Source: Bigelowiella natans CCMP2755 (taxonomy: Eukaryota > Protista > Cercozoa). From it: DNA of 64,000 nucleotides. Below the pieces are notes generated by a model. It saw only the letters and a list, made by a program, of their open reading frames with translations, was not told the origin of the DNA and did not search any database. Positions 46,097 to 58,095 of this stretch are shown one piece after another. Position 1 is the stretch's first letter, and every line of letters starts with the position of its first letter. The stretch lies in assembly GCA_000320545.1 (NCBI GenBank), contig ADNK01001927.1, positions 1-64,000 of the forward strand, read 5' to 3'. The position numbers were made by a program, and so were the translations under genes.

Positions 46097-47850
46097 TTAA
46101 AGTTCTAAAATTTGCATCATTTCTTCATACACTGCCCATGTGATTGCTACAGCTGGAACCGACTTTAGATAGTTTGGTAACAAGCCTTTGTAGAGAGCAG
46201 TGAAACCTTCTTCTTTCACTATAGTCGAGAAAGCATCGAAAACACCACCATATCTGTTTTCAAATATGCATGTATATAATACGTTAGAAACAACATTTTC
46301 CAAAGGAAATGTTTCAGTTAAAAATGGAAATCTCATGGATGAATGAGTTGTTTTTCCCTGACTTTCTCATGTCTTTCGAATAGCCCGCCACCTTTCAATG
46401 AACACATAAAACTAAGACTTATAAACTTTCTTTATAAGCATTTTTGAAGACCTGCATTCGTCGTCTGACTAGATCGAAGGGATATGTGATTGTTTGACCG
46501 ATCATTGCTGCAGAAGCACCGCAAAACAACTTGCCAGGAACCTTTAATTATTATCTAGAATATCAGATCAAACTTTATTCAGTCATTGGTCGAGTTACCG
46601 TTAACTCATTGGTGTCCCGTCTTTTAGGGACAAAGCTAGCTTTTCTTAGAGTTCCGTACACAGAAAATTCAATGCCAACGTAAGGAACAGAACCACAAAG
46701 GGTTGGGAAAATACCTGCGAAAAATGGGTATCATAAAGACAACATCCCAACATTTTGATCTGGAAATTTCAATGTTACCTTTATAGAATGCTGAAAAGCC
46801 TTCTCTCCGCATGATGGTTTGTGCAGTTCCAAAGATACCTAGTCGTTAGATGTGTTTGGGTTAGATTAATGGGATACACTGTTATCTTATCTTTACACAA
46901 ATACAACCGTCGAGCTTGTTAGAGGAGTCGACAGTGAGCCTCGCACGGACAGTGTCCAAAGGATATGTTACGACCTATATTTGTTATATATGCTATACTA
47001 TTAAAGCTACAGTGATTGATTGTCAATTTTGACCTGAGCAGTTAGTCCTGCAGCCATACCGGCTGACAAAAGCTTTCCCCATGAACTGTTAGTGCTACTG
47101 CTACTGCCAGAATTTTTCTTGCCTAAAAGCTGATTGAATACAGGCTTCCAAAAAACAAACGATCCATATTGGACGGCGGTCTTCGGAATAATTCGGAAGC
47201 AATTTGCAAAATTTCCCTACAAAAGTACCAATGAGTTTCGGTAAAGGTAAGCCGAGCTAACGTTAACATCATACCCTCCAGAGTCCGACGAGACCCTCCT
47301 CTTTGTGAATGACTTGCAATGCATGAACGACATTTCTATACTTTGGAGGATCGGTTTGTGTCTGGAAGAGTATCTTCAATCGGTCCAGTGGCGCCACGCA
47401 TGTCCTGTATTAGCCGACGACGCGATGAGAAAAGCCACGAATGATGAGTGTTACCACTACTACGTGTTTTCCAGGACCTTGATACGGCACCGGCAGTCCC
47501 GCCGGCAATCATATTGGATACGACATTTTTCCGACGTTTAGTAGATGTCATAAAGGCCTACCAGGTTCCCAGTCGGCTTCCACCAGCGGAAGCCGTCGTG
47601 CCTGAAAGCAGCCGAGGGTGGGTAGGGTAGAGTGCTACGTGTCTCACTCTCTCGGAGCGGTATCGGAGTGAACGTAAACCGCCACAACAATACAAACAAC
47701 AATTCTATGGGAATTGATGTTTTCATCTATAAATCACAGTGGGTTTAATACGTGCGACAAGGAGGAGGATGCTCTTCGGCTAATAATCGGATGTGCCGCT
47801 AAATCGAGCATGGCTCCTCAGCGCTGGTTTGCTGCTCTAGGAATCCTTCT
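46097..47850 (-). CDS. Mitochondrial carrier family (SLC25) protein, adenine-nucleotide/CoA carrier-like
   Basis: Three PxD/ExxK/RxR repeats: [48 protein letters not shown]. Also [13 protein letters not shown]. 5' end uncertain. Confidence 0.92.
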
Positions 47851-48190
47851 CATGATATCAGCACGATCTCTCTTTTCAACGGTCTTCTGCTTTGATGTGA
47901 ATTATTATTGAATGTATAACTATGCACCAAGCGTTGGGCTGGGAGAGTAAGAGCAGACCTGCGTTGAACTCAGAACAGAACAACCTGAGAAGGGAAAAAT
48001 ACCCTACTCGTTGTTCAGGGGGTTGGTGGTGGTTCCCTTTTGTTCCGAAGCAGCACTGATAGGACAGTTTTGTTACTCAGGTTTCCTTGCAAAGAAATTT
48101 AGGGTATTCATGAATTGCAACACATACCTAGAGAAAACTCTCACCTGAAGAAAGGAGCAAGCACAAAATAACACAGCATAAATATCCAGT

Positions 48191-49262
48191 TTGTTCGTAA
48201 CGCCTAACTTTAAGAATGCCTACCAAACCAGGCGTCTATCGCACGCTCGTCCTACCCCAAGGCATCACTGTCGCTTTCTCCGTCGAGATTTCAGGGGTGG
48301 GACAAGCGGCGAAATTTACGGTTGCAGCAGCAACCATATTGCTCATGCAAGATTCGAACGGAGGAACGGTGGAGGGGGTGGAAAGAGGGGGAGGCGGAAA
48401 GGAGGAGCGAAAGGATCCAGACCTCAGACAAGAAGGGAACAAAGAGATGTTGTATTTCATCTAGCAACTAACGGCAAAAGCAAGCATCACTTTAGAATAT
48501 CCACACCCCCACCCACTTCGCAATGAATTCCGCACATGTGAACGACGTTTACTTGTATATCTTGCCTGCATGCCATTTTCTACGCGTCAAGCCGCTGTAT
48601 CACCCTTGGTTTACTGTTAAATTAGGTGACAGGGATCTTGTTGCTCGACAAACCGTTCAATATATCTTCGAATGATGCTCTTCAGAGGTCCGTTTTAGTT
48701 CTTCCTTCATTTCTTTATTTCCTCATTTCAATACCATCACAACTGAGCATGATCTTCATTTTCAGGGTGAAGTTTATATTTGCAGCCTCTAAAGCAGGCC
48801 ATACGGGCACACTAGATCCAATTGCAACGGGTTATCTACACACGCTGGGAGCGCAGTGTGTTATATTGAATACAATATGTTTTTTATGGCATCTGTTTTG
48901 GTGTTCGTGCTGTTCAACTTCCGTGTTTCTATTTCTCAATGCAGGTATGCTTCCTATATGTTTGGGAGAATCCACGAAGCTAGCCCAGATTATCACAGAC
49001 GCTGATAAAAGGTCGTTGCTGCAATAGCACAGAAGCTTTAGAACGAAGAAGGAAATAGTTTCCTGCAGTGTGTTGTAACAGATGTTGTCTATAGCGTGTG
49101 TGCTATCATCATCATCTTCATCATCATCATCATCATCATCATCACCTTTTCAGATATATTGTGCGAGCAAAATTGGGACAAAGGACCACTACATCAGACA
49201 GTGAGGGCAAGGTAGAGAAAATGACGATATGGTAGGAAGGATTGGTGGCAATGTTCGAAATA

Positions 49263-49303
<41 letters not shown>

Positions 49304-51108
49304 ATACAATAGGATATTTTAGTGAAAATTTGGTGAAGTATTCTCCTTCGTTGGATAGATAGATAAATAAGTGATTTCTATGATCGTGCAGGTGATTGAA
49401 GAAAGGGCGGTACAAGTCAGCGAAAAGCAGCTGCGGGATGCTGTGGAATCGTTCCGAGGAAAACAGACACAAGTCAGATCATCATGATGGGGCTGTTGTT
49501 GCTGCTGCTGCTGAAATAGTCTAACGATTATAATTATTTAGTAAACAAGAGTTATTTTCCCTAGCTTCTTCTTCTTCTTCTTCTTCTTCTTCTTCTTCTA
49601 TTTGTTATCATTATCATTTTTCTTATTTCTGAGCCTCCTAAGTGATGTTGTGGTTGGTTCCTTCCTCACCTCCTCTCAGGTACCATCGATGTTCTCTGCT
49701 ATCAAATATCAAGGGAAAAAATTATACGAGTATGCAAGGGAGGGGAAAACTGTTCCGATTCAGCCGGTAATCTAACCACATCGCTTGGAAATATAAACAG
49801 ATGAAAATAGAGGAAATGCAAGCATTGAAATTGAGAGATAATATCACCGATCGCAACTAGTGAGCACCACATTTGCTTACGTCTACATGTCCATTCTTCC
49901 ATACTGCTGCAGAGGCCTATCAACGTGTTTGACATCAAAATACTAAATTTCTCGCTCGAATCATCGCCTAGTTCCTCTTCATCATCTTCTTCTGCCGGTA
50001 ATTCTTTAAGACGAACACCGTTTGCAGCGATGGCGTGGTGCTGATCATGATTCTGGCGTGAAAGCTGTTTTTCATCCACTTCTGTATTTTTCACCTCAAA
50101 GCTTCCTTTCCCCCAATTCCCCTTAGGAGATAAACTTGAGAGCTGCCCTTACGAATACGTGGATATGGAAGTGAGATAGAACTTAGAGAGGAGAATGTCT
50201 GTATCATTACTACGATAAGAATGTGCCAGGAACCCGATGAATCCCGTGATTGGTTGTTGTCGGACAAACGATGAAAAACAAACGTTGGAAAAATAACAGG
50301 TTCACGTGTCAAAAGGAACGTACATTCGAACAATCGTAGACGATCTAGGGCAGAAGTTGGGATGTGGTGCGGTAAGTCAATGATCAAGCAATAGTTTGTG
50401 TAACATATGATTCAGCCTCGATCCTCATTCCTCCCCGCCCCTGCCATAACAGCACGTGGTGATTCTCCGAAGATCTCAAGTGACTTCCTATGATCCAAAG
50501 CGCATGGTTGGCTCCTACTGCTATAGGAAGAGCTTGAGAGAATGGATGGAGGAGAGCTGTGTATGTAATCTCCTTCCTTCTCTTTTAATGTTGGTTGTGT
50601 ACTTGTCCATAGGTGACTATGGAACGGTTAGAAGAGATAGCGAAAGAGCTGGATGAGGCAGCACAGGTGAAGGAAATCAATAAAGACAACGAAGAATAAG
50701 ATACTCCCATTTGAGTGGCATCGTCAAACTGTTGTTTTCCCGGGTGAAACCCTGGAACAAGCATCCATTTAATTAACGATTTGCTGAATTATTCTAAGTT
50801 TTCATGTCTATTTATATCACCACATCTCTGCTTATTACCAAACCCTTTCCTTCACCCAACGTTCTTCTACGAGCCCTCTCTGACACCAATACAATGTTTA
50901 CGGAAGAAGAAAACGCATGGCAAAGATGAGGACAGCAATGGAAATCCTAACGAAGATGCGAGTAAACCCTCCAGTATGCTCAGAGTTGATAATATCAAGA
51001 ATAAAGAATTCTCGAGGTAGTTGGTGTGTGTAAGTAAGAAGACCCTAATTTTAAAACAAAATAAATTTATTTTAGCAAGTTGTATATAAAAGCAAACAAC
51101 TCCCTCCA

Positions 51109-51146
<38 letters not shown>

Positions 51147-51223
51147 ATATATATATATATAAATCTATCTAAGATGATTCAAAAAGGAAAAGAAACATAG
51201 AAGACGCAACGCGTTAAAATATA

Positions 51224-51271
<48 letters not shown>

Positions 51272-51465
51272 ATGGGGGGGGTTTAGGAACAGGCAGACGA
51301 TGGGGTCTTAGGAGTAAGTAATCTCTCCTAATGATTTTGCGTGTGTTCTTAGAGAGCGGTTGAAAGAGATATTCGGAGAGGCAGTGTCGTACGTGTTCTA
51401 TCATCGGTATTAACATGCAACCACTGCCCGTGATGCTGCATTAGATAATATCCAACTAATATCGT

Positions 51466-51497
<32 letters not shown>

Positions 51498-52448
51498 CTA
51501 TAAATTTCTGTATTGTTCGTATGCTGGTGGTAACTTAGAGGAAACGAAGAAGGTTACGTGGTCATGGGGTCGGCAGAGGATGCACAGAATGCAGTTGAGG
51601 TAGTTAGATGAGGGTGACGAGACGATGATGATGATGATGATGATGATGACAATTTGTGTAAATAAAGAGGTGGATGGAGAATGCATGTGTGGTATCAATG
51701 TGATAGAGCGAGACTCTTCTCAAATACAAACAAGATTGCCACCCCTTCCTCCTCCTACCTCGGGTAGCAAATTGCAGTAATACATATCTGGTTCTTGCAT
51801 GGTTTTAGTTTGTTAGTAGTGCAGAAGGACAGACGGCGGTGATGCTTGATGTCCCTGATATCAAAGGTAGAAACATCCGAGAATGCTATGCAGCAGCCAC
51901 CAGTATCATCCACCAACAGGATTACAAACATTTGCAGTATGGTGAAGAATATGTGTATCATTAGTATATACGATAATGGAGTTCATAATACCTGAAAGTC
52001 TTTGCTTTGTTGTTCCTACAATGTTTTTGTATGTACACCAATAGTGCATCTCATGAGCAAGCGAGAAGAGGAAACGTATCATGCACAGAAAAAGGCCGAG
52101 AGAATGGTGGTTATCATATCATGATATTGAGGGGGAGGAAAAACAGCAAGAGAACGAAAAGAGAGAAAAGCATAGGAGTAGCTTACATACGAATACACAC
52201 TAGTTGTCGTCGATCGATATCGTTTCTCTTCTACGATGATGCAAACAAAGCTGCAGTGCTTAATCAAAAAATAATTTCGCCTAAATTGTTGTCGCTATCA
52301 ATGTTTTTGCTTTAGATGTTCAGAAGAAGAAGCATTTTTATCGATCTTTTTTCACTGATTTTGTTGCTGCTATGCTATATTACTCACAGCTTCGGCCAAG
52401 CTATGAAGCATTCGATAGCTTGTTACTGCCGTTGGTATCAATTGCACG

Positions 52449-52483
<35 letters not shown>

Positions 52484-53312
52484 TATTGTCGCACAATAAT
52501 ATCACAACCTAAATGAGGGCAAAAAAAGAAAAGAGATAAAACATAGAACCAAACACTTCGGAAAGATGCTGCTGCATGTCTGTCTCTGGGAATGGTAAAT
52601 ATATTTTTGGACAATAGGATGAAGCTGTTCCGAATCTAAGAGAGCTTGTTGGAAACAGTGATAATGTGCACAGAATAAGGATGGGGCAGGTGGTATAATA
52701 CTGATATTTGTAGCGATATCATCGTCGCTATAATCTACCATGCCTATGTTGTGTTGAAAGAGTTGTTACCAACCAAGAGTGATATGTTCAGGAGGTAACC
52801 CTATCCAACTTTCCTAATCCCGAAAGCATACTTCAAGGAGATGATACTAAAGAGGTGCCAACATTCAAATTATCTCTTGATTCTGCCTGAGTATTATAGC
52901 TACGGTCTTTTATTACACCACACAGGGAGACATGCTGCGAGTCACTACGGTTGAAGAAAAGGATCAGATTAGCAAGACAAATGCCCTCATAGCGATTGCA
53001 ACCCTCGAGGTCTTAGACATTTTCTCTCGTGTCTCAATCTAACACGCGTTTTTCCCTTTTGCAAAATGTATTCAGGTTTGTGATAAGACAAATGAATGGA
53101 AGATTCGTCCTAAGCGAATTATTCGACCGATAGAAACTTCAGGTAGTAAGTGATGCAAAGAATCATCTCAAACAAAATGAGGGGAGATCGAAATTTATCC
53201 AAGTTACATTTACATTTTGTTTATTGTTTCAGGCGGTAATAACAACAGGCAAAAAAGTTTCAGGGGTGGAAGAGGTGTGGACGGTCGCGGGGCAAGATTT
53301 CAATCAAAGTGA
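48191..53312 (+). CDS. truB: tRNA pseudouridine-55 synthase TruB, bacterial type, heavily intronised
   Basis: RREQRD|[91 protein letters not shown]. Start codon not located. Confidence 0.92.
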
Positions 53313-54186
53313 AATTTTTTTACCTGTACACATGCCCAATTAAATGTGACTAGGAATCATCCATCAAAGCTACGCCGTGTAGCTAACTTGCTCACAACGC
53401 ATGAAGAGAGGTGCCATGAAAGCAACTTCTTTGAATCGCACAAATCGAATGGGACCGCGAGACACAACGTTGTCTGAAGATGAGGGAATGATGCGCATCG
53501 ATCTCTTCCAGAGACATTTCATCATCAGGCAGTCGTAGGTACGGATTTGCTCGTTGCTACATGCTGCCCCACCCTGAATTTGATTCATTCAAATGTGCAT
53601 TGCGTCCGGAGGCTGTGCCGTGACACATCGCTTACACTAGTACATGCAGCGTCGCACAATGGACGTTGCTGTCATTGCAAGCTGTTGCACAGATCTGATA
53701 TGAGAATGAGCATCACAATAATGACAGCACAATGTGCATGATGCATGTCCTGTACGATGTTTTGACTCCACATTGCTAGATTGCAATTGTGTACAACTTG
53801 ATCTAGGCTATATCAGAACAGCGAGCAACAAAATTCTGCACGCACGTCGTCTTCTATGATAGTGTCATACTTTCAAATGCATGACAATCATGCTCCTTGC
53901 ATTGCTATGGTTTTCTGCATGAAAGCATGAGACGGATGCAATGTTAAAACAGTTGAAACACATCAATTTTTTGTAGTGATCATCCTGTAATGTAGTTTTG
54001 CATGCGATGCAATACCGCCTAGCCCCGGCCACAGCGCCACAACTGCACTTGTTTGTTTCTGCTGTCATATCAAGAGCTAGTAGCTCTAGCTAACTTGCTC
54101 ACAGTGTGTTTGTGGCGTCGAAGCATTTCATTGTCCAGAGAATCTATCCCATTAGTAGCATGATTGTGATGTTCAACTACTACATC

Positions 54187-56492
54187 TTACAAAGTTGAAT
54201 TGTGCTCAGCCAACCGTTTGTAGCCTGATTCTAAGACTGTAAGTTTTTTCTTCAACGCATCACGCTGAAACAAAAAATCATCATCATACTTGAAGATCTG
54301 TTTCATGTTCTCGAGCGCCTTCGCTTTGAGCACTTTGTGCAGATCTTTGTGTACCGGGTCATCAAAGTACGCACATAAAATCTTTTGTGATACGCCATCA
54401 ATGTATCGCATTTCCACAACCTTGTAGTAAGCTCTTAATCCATCAATTAAATCCATAGATTCAATGATCTCGTTGCTATATCCATACCCTGTACTTTGAA
54501 TATTATCCGAAATTACTTTTCGGACTTCTTCTCTACTTATATCACCATCACCTTGAAATGGACGGAGAAGCTGCTTCACCATTCTCTGTTCTCTTAACCT
54601 TTTCCAGTTATCAATGAAATGATGATTCTCAGTCATGGGCATCGATTGTTCGTTAGATAAGTATTTTTCGAGCTGACTTGAGATTTCCGTCTTTCTTTCG
54701 ATAAACCAACTATTTAAAGTCTGCAGAAGGAGTTTCTCCAAGCGGGGAACATTTAGGTGAGAGCATGATGTTTGTATCATTTGTTTTGCTTTAGCTTCAA
54801 AAGCATCGGCCATTCTCCTGTTCAATTTATAGGTTGGTTCTTTCCATGCAGCCGTAAACATCGTGAAGTACCTTTTGAACACTGCAAAGTTAGGGAACCC
54901 TGGAAGCTCTTCCCCCCTGAATCTTTGGATATCCTGAGCAATTTGTTTTCGTAGCTCCGAACAAGAGTGTATGTCTTGCTCCCCAAGTTCGCACTGCACT
55001 TGAATTACCTTGAACCTTTGGAAGTATGCCAGGTTTGTTAAACGCTGCTCCAAAGAAGTATATTTCCCCAAATCTATTTTCAGTAACCTTTTTCCATCCG
55101 GGCTTCGTGATTCCGACTCTACAACACCAAATAATCTAGTATTTTTTTTTAAAAACTCTACTACAGACCCAATAGGAGCCTCCACTATATCTCCTTCATT
55201 AACAGGAATGCATCGGGTAATAAGATAAGAGCTCTTGTTTACTTTTTTGTCTGAAATGTCCTTTGTTTTCCGTTCTCCCTTGGGTTCAACTTCCGCAAGG
55301 CGGCACTTATACTTATCTGCAGGGAAATCAGGTTGGACAGCTTGAATACCATTCTTAAATTGACGTCGCAATGTAAGTTGTTTAGCCCACAGAGTTTCTT
55401 TCTCCTCGAATAATGGTTGCGTCGATTGAAGCTTCAATTTTCCCGAATGGAATTAAGAGCTTCATCTAATAGTAGGTGTCTCTCATACTCGCTAGACGCT
55501 GGCGGAGGGCCAAGCGATTTAATTGAGTCTCGAGTACATTGGATCCTAGTCTTTATATCAACTAGGATTTCCGGCACACCCTTGCTCAATATTACTCGGA
55601 GTCGCTTTGATATACCTCTCTTAAGATTATCTATGCCACATCTACCATCCATAGACATATAGTGCTTATTTCTTTCGAACCATTCCTTTTCATCCCTGCG
55701 TGCATCCTTTAGACTTTTCCCTTCATTCAACGTTTTTTGCGCCCGATTCATCACCGCAAAGTAACCATGATATAGTGGTTTTCGCGAGTTGTTTAGTACA
55801 TTCAGAACATCGTCCTCCGTTGCTTCTTCGACGAGGTCCATCTTTGTCAGCACACCGACTGTTCTCTCGCCCTTCTCGTCCGCTTTCTCAGCCATTGCCA
55901 GTGCTCGGGAGTTTGAAATGTCTCTATGTGCTTCCATGATAGCAAGAATGACAGTTCGTTTATCCTCAGCATATCTACTCACCATTTTTTCGATGGAACC
56001 GACTAAATCTTTGCTCTGCCCTTCTGTAGTTGTAGCAATCAGGCCCGGAAGGTCTACTATAGAGAGATCCACAGCATCAGAGTCATGGCGCTCCTCGATA
56101 TCCACTTCGATGATATCGTCAATGTCAGTTTTAGACTCATTCTGATGAATGAGTTCATTCAAACGTTCCAAGGTTTTTTGGAGTTTTCCCACTGAAGTGT
56201 GGTTCATCTTAGGTCCCTCATTTTTGAAGGGAGAATTTTTTCCATTGATAACAAATGACACTCTGGCAGAAAAGGGTGTTGTTCTTTTCAAGGCACGCCG
56301 AATCGTGATGCGCGTAGCACATTTTGTCACCGTTCCTGTTCCTTTTGGAAAAGGAATTCCAGTGATGTTTTCGAGAACACTTGATTTGCCCGAAGATTGA
56401 TCCCCAACAACGGCAATTTGAGGCAGGGCAATGCCTTGCTGAGCTATCCCGTCTTGGCGAAGTCCATCGACCACTTCCATCAATTTGCGCAT
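54187..56492 (-). pseudogene. Intronless Mx-like dynamin superfamily GTPase split by a -1 frameshift at ~55437 (pseudogene, sequencing error or recoding)
   Basis: ORF 55434-56492 has LPQIAVVGDQSSGKSSVLE, TKCAT, DLPG and TKMD. ORF 54187-55437 has the Mx-like stalk motif RGEELPGFPNF and GED-like LRAYYKV...RYID. The two ORFs overlap at ...CGG GAA AAT TGA with no splice signals. Confidence 0.85.
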
Positions 56493-56516
56493 CTGATCGG
56501 TGTTGTTGGATGGCTA

Positions 56517-57945
56517 GTTTTGGCGTCCATGATGATGATTTGTGACTGCTTGGTTGCGAGTTTCAGTTGTGAAGAATCGCCGACGTCGATTGCAGTTGCT
56601 CTCTCACTGTGGCGGAAACAAAGTGCAAAAACGTGAAAAGACAAAGTGGCACTGCGGGTGAAGGGGAAAAATTGCAGATTGCAATTGCAACTCAGTTTGC
56701 AATGCATTGATTCACACTGCGAAAAGTTGCAAATTGCAACTCAAATTGCAATGCATTGATCAGCACCTCGAGAGCCCACGAAAAGACGCTGGGATTCCTG
56801 CAACCTGCAGTGCAACCTCAATTTGCAGGAGGCTTTCCATCTGCGACAAAGCACATGCGACTCAACGGTGACACAATGCACGCCTCCCAACTGCATGCAT
56901 GACTCAGCAGCCAAGGTTTTCTGGCCGAGACGTGGCAGAATGAATGAATGAATGAATGAATGCAGAAATGAAACTGCCAAAGCGGCAAGGTTCACTTCGG
57001 CAGTGCAAGTTGATTGTGCACGTCTGGATGAAGCCACAGACGGGTGACATTGAACCACTGGTGCAACCTCCTGGCACACCTCGGGCGACGCGAGGTGCGC
57101 GCGACACGCTGCAAGCAACAACGCCAAAACGAACGAACGCACAACGAGCCAGTGTTCAGGCACGTGCTCTTCAGCGTTGAGCGCACAATGCGTGGGGCAT
57201 TGAACATCGAACGTTGACAACTTCGTGATGGCACAAAAACTGCGTGCGCAAGCACCACAAGCACCTGCATCACGCACAAGCTTGAACGTGGCAACAAGAA
57301 CAATGAGAACAATGAGAACAATGATGAAAAACCACGTTTCCAAAGTGTGGCAAGACACTTGCAATGCACGAAATGCAGTGCCTCGAACTGGCTTCAGCAA
57401 GGACTGTGCCTCAAACCAACTTCAGTGGGCCAGTGAGGACCAACTAGTGAAACAAAAAGGAATCAAGAATGGATTCTGGCCACTCCTCCATTCCTAGTTT
57501 CATTGTCTTGCAATGCCATGGACATGCGCACATGTCACATGCATCACATGTGTCACTGCAGACATGCGTGCACATCACACATGTTGTGTGCATTGCACAT
57601 GCTGTGTCTGTTGTCAATGAACAATGAACAATGAACAAAGCGTTGATCAAATCTGCATGCGCCAGAACCACATGGGAGACAGGCTGTTGCATGCAGCAGA
57701 GCCTCAACAACACTCGTTGCAATGAACAATGAACAATGAACAAAGCGTTGATCAAAAACTGCATGCGCCAGAACCACATGGGAGACAGGCATTTGCACGC
57801 AGCAGAGCCTCAACAACACTCGTTGCAAGGACTTGTCAGCACCCTGTTGGTGAAGAGACACAAAAAATCAGCTGCAACCCATCAGAGGCAATGGCCCAAT
57901 TTTGAATTTGGATTTTTTTTCCAAAAGAGCGTGGTTCCGGTGCTT
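56517..57945. other. TpA-free tract (putatively hypermutated repeat/intergenic DNA)
   Basis: A manual scan finds only two TA dinucleotides (57445 and 57495), both in CTAG. TG and CA are abundant and CpG is retained. Confidence 0.9.
57615..57828 (+). repeat. Tandem duplication of a ~105-bp unit starting with (CAATGAA)3
   Basis: caatgaacaatgaacaatgaacaaagcgttgatcaaa..ctgcatgcgccagaaccacatgggagacaggc...gcagcagagcctcaacaacactcgttg is present at 57615 and 57720. Confidence 0.92.
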
Positions 57946-58095
57946 TAGTGGGGGATTGACAGTGTGCTATTTTTTGGTCGGTAGTTCTTCCGAGAGTCGA
58001 GACCAGATCAGAAAATGAAGAAAAACGCAATGACAATTTCAATGAAGGAAAAGTGAGAAATTCCTTAGATATTTCGCCAATAAAATTTGACGAAA

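Noticed and set aside
56761-57386. cagcacctcga (56761) and cagtgcctcga (57376) as alternative conversions of one CAGTACCTCGA transposon end
   Set aside because: Only 11 bp, in direct orientation, with no matching inverted partner found. Could be chance.
57298-57828. CRISPR-like array
   Set aside because: Adjacent tandem repeats without unique spacers, eukaryotic context, and no cas genes.
56517-57945. CpG methylation decay or fungal RIP as the cause of the TG/CA excess
   Set aside because: CpG remains abundant and TpA is the missing dinucleotide. RIP would increase TpA.
56480-57948. Many overlapping Cys/His-rich ORFs on both strands (e.g. 56741-57400)
   Set aside because: Loss of TpA removes TAA/TAG stops and Tyr codons, so long ORFs arise as a by-product. 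No recognisable domains.
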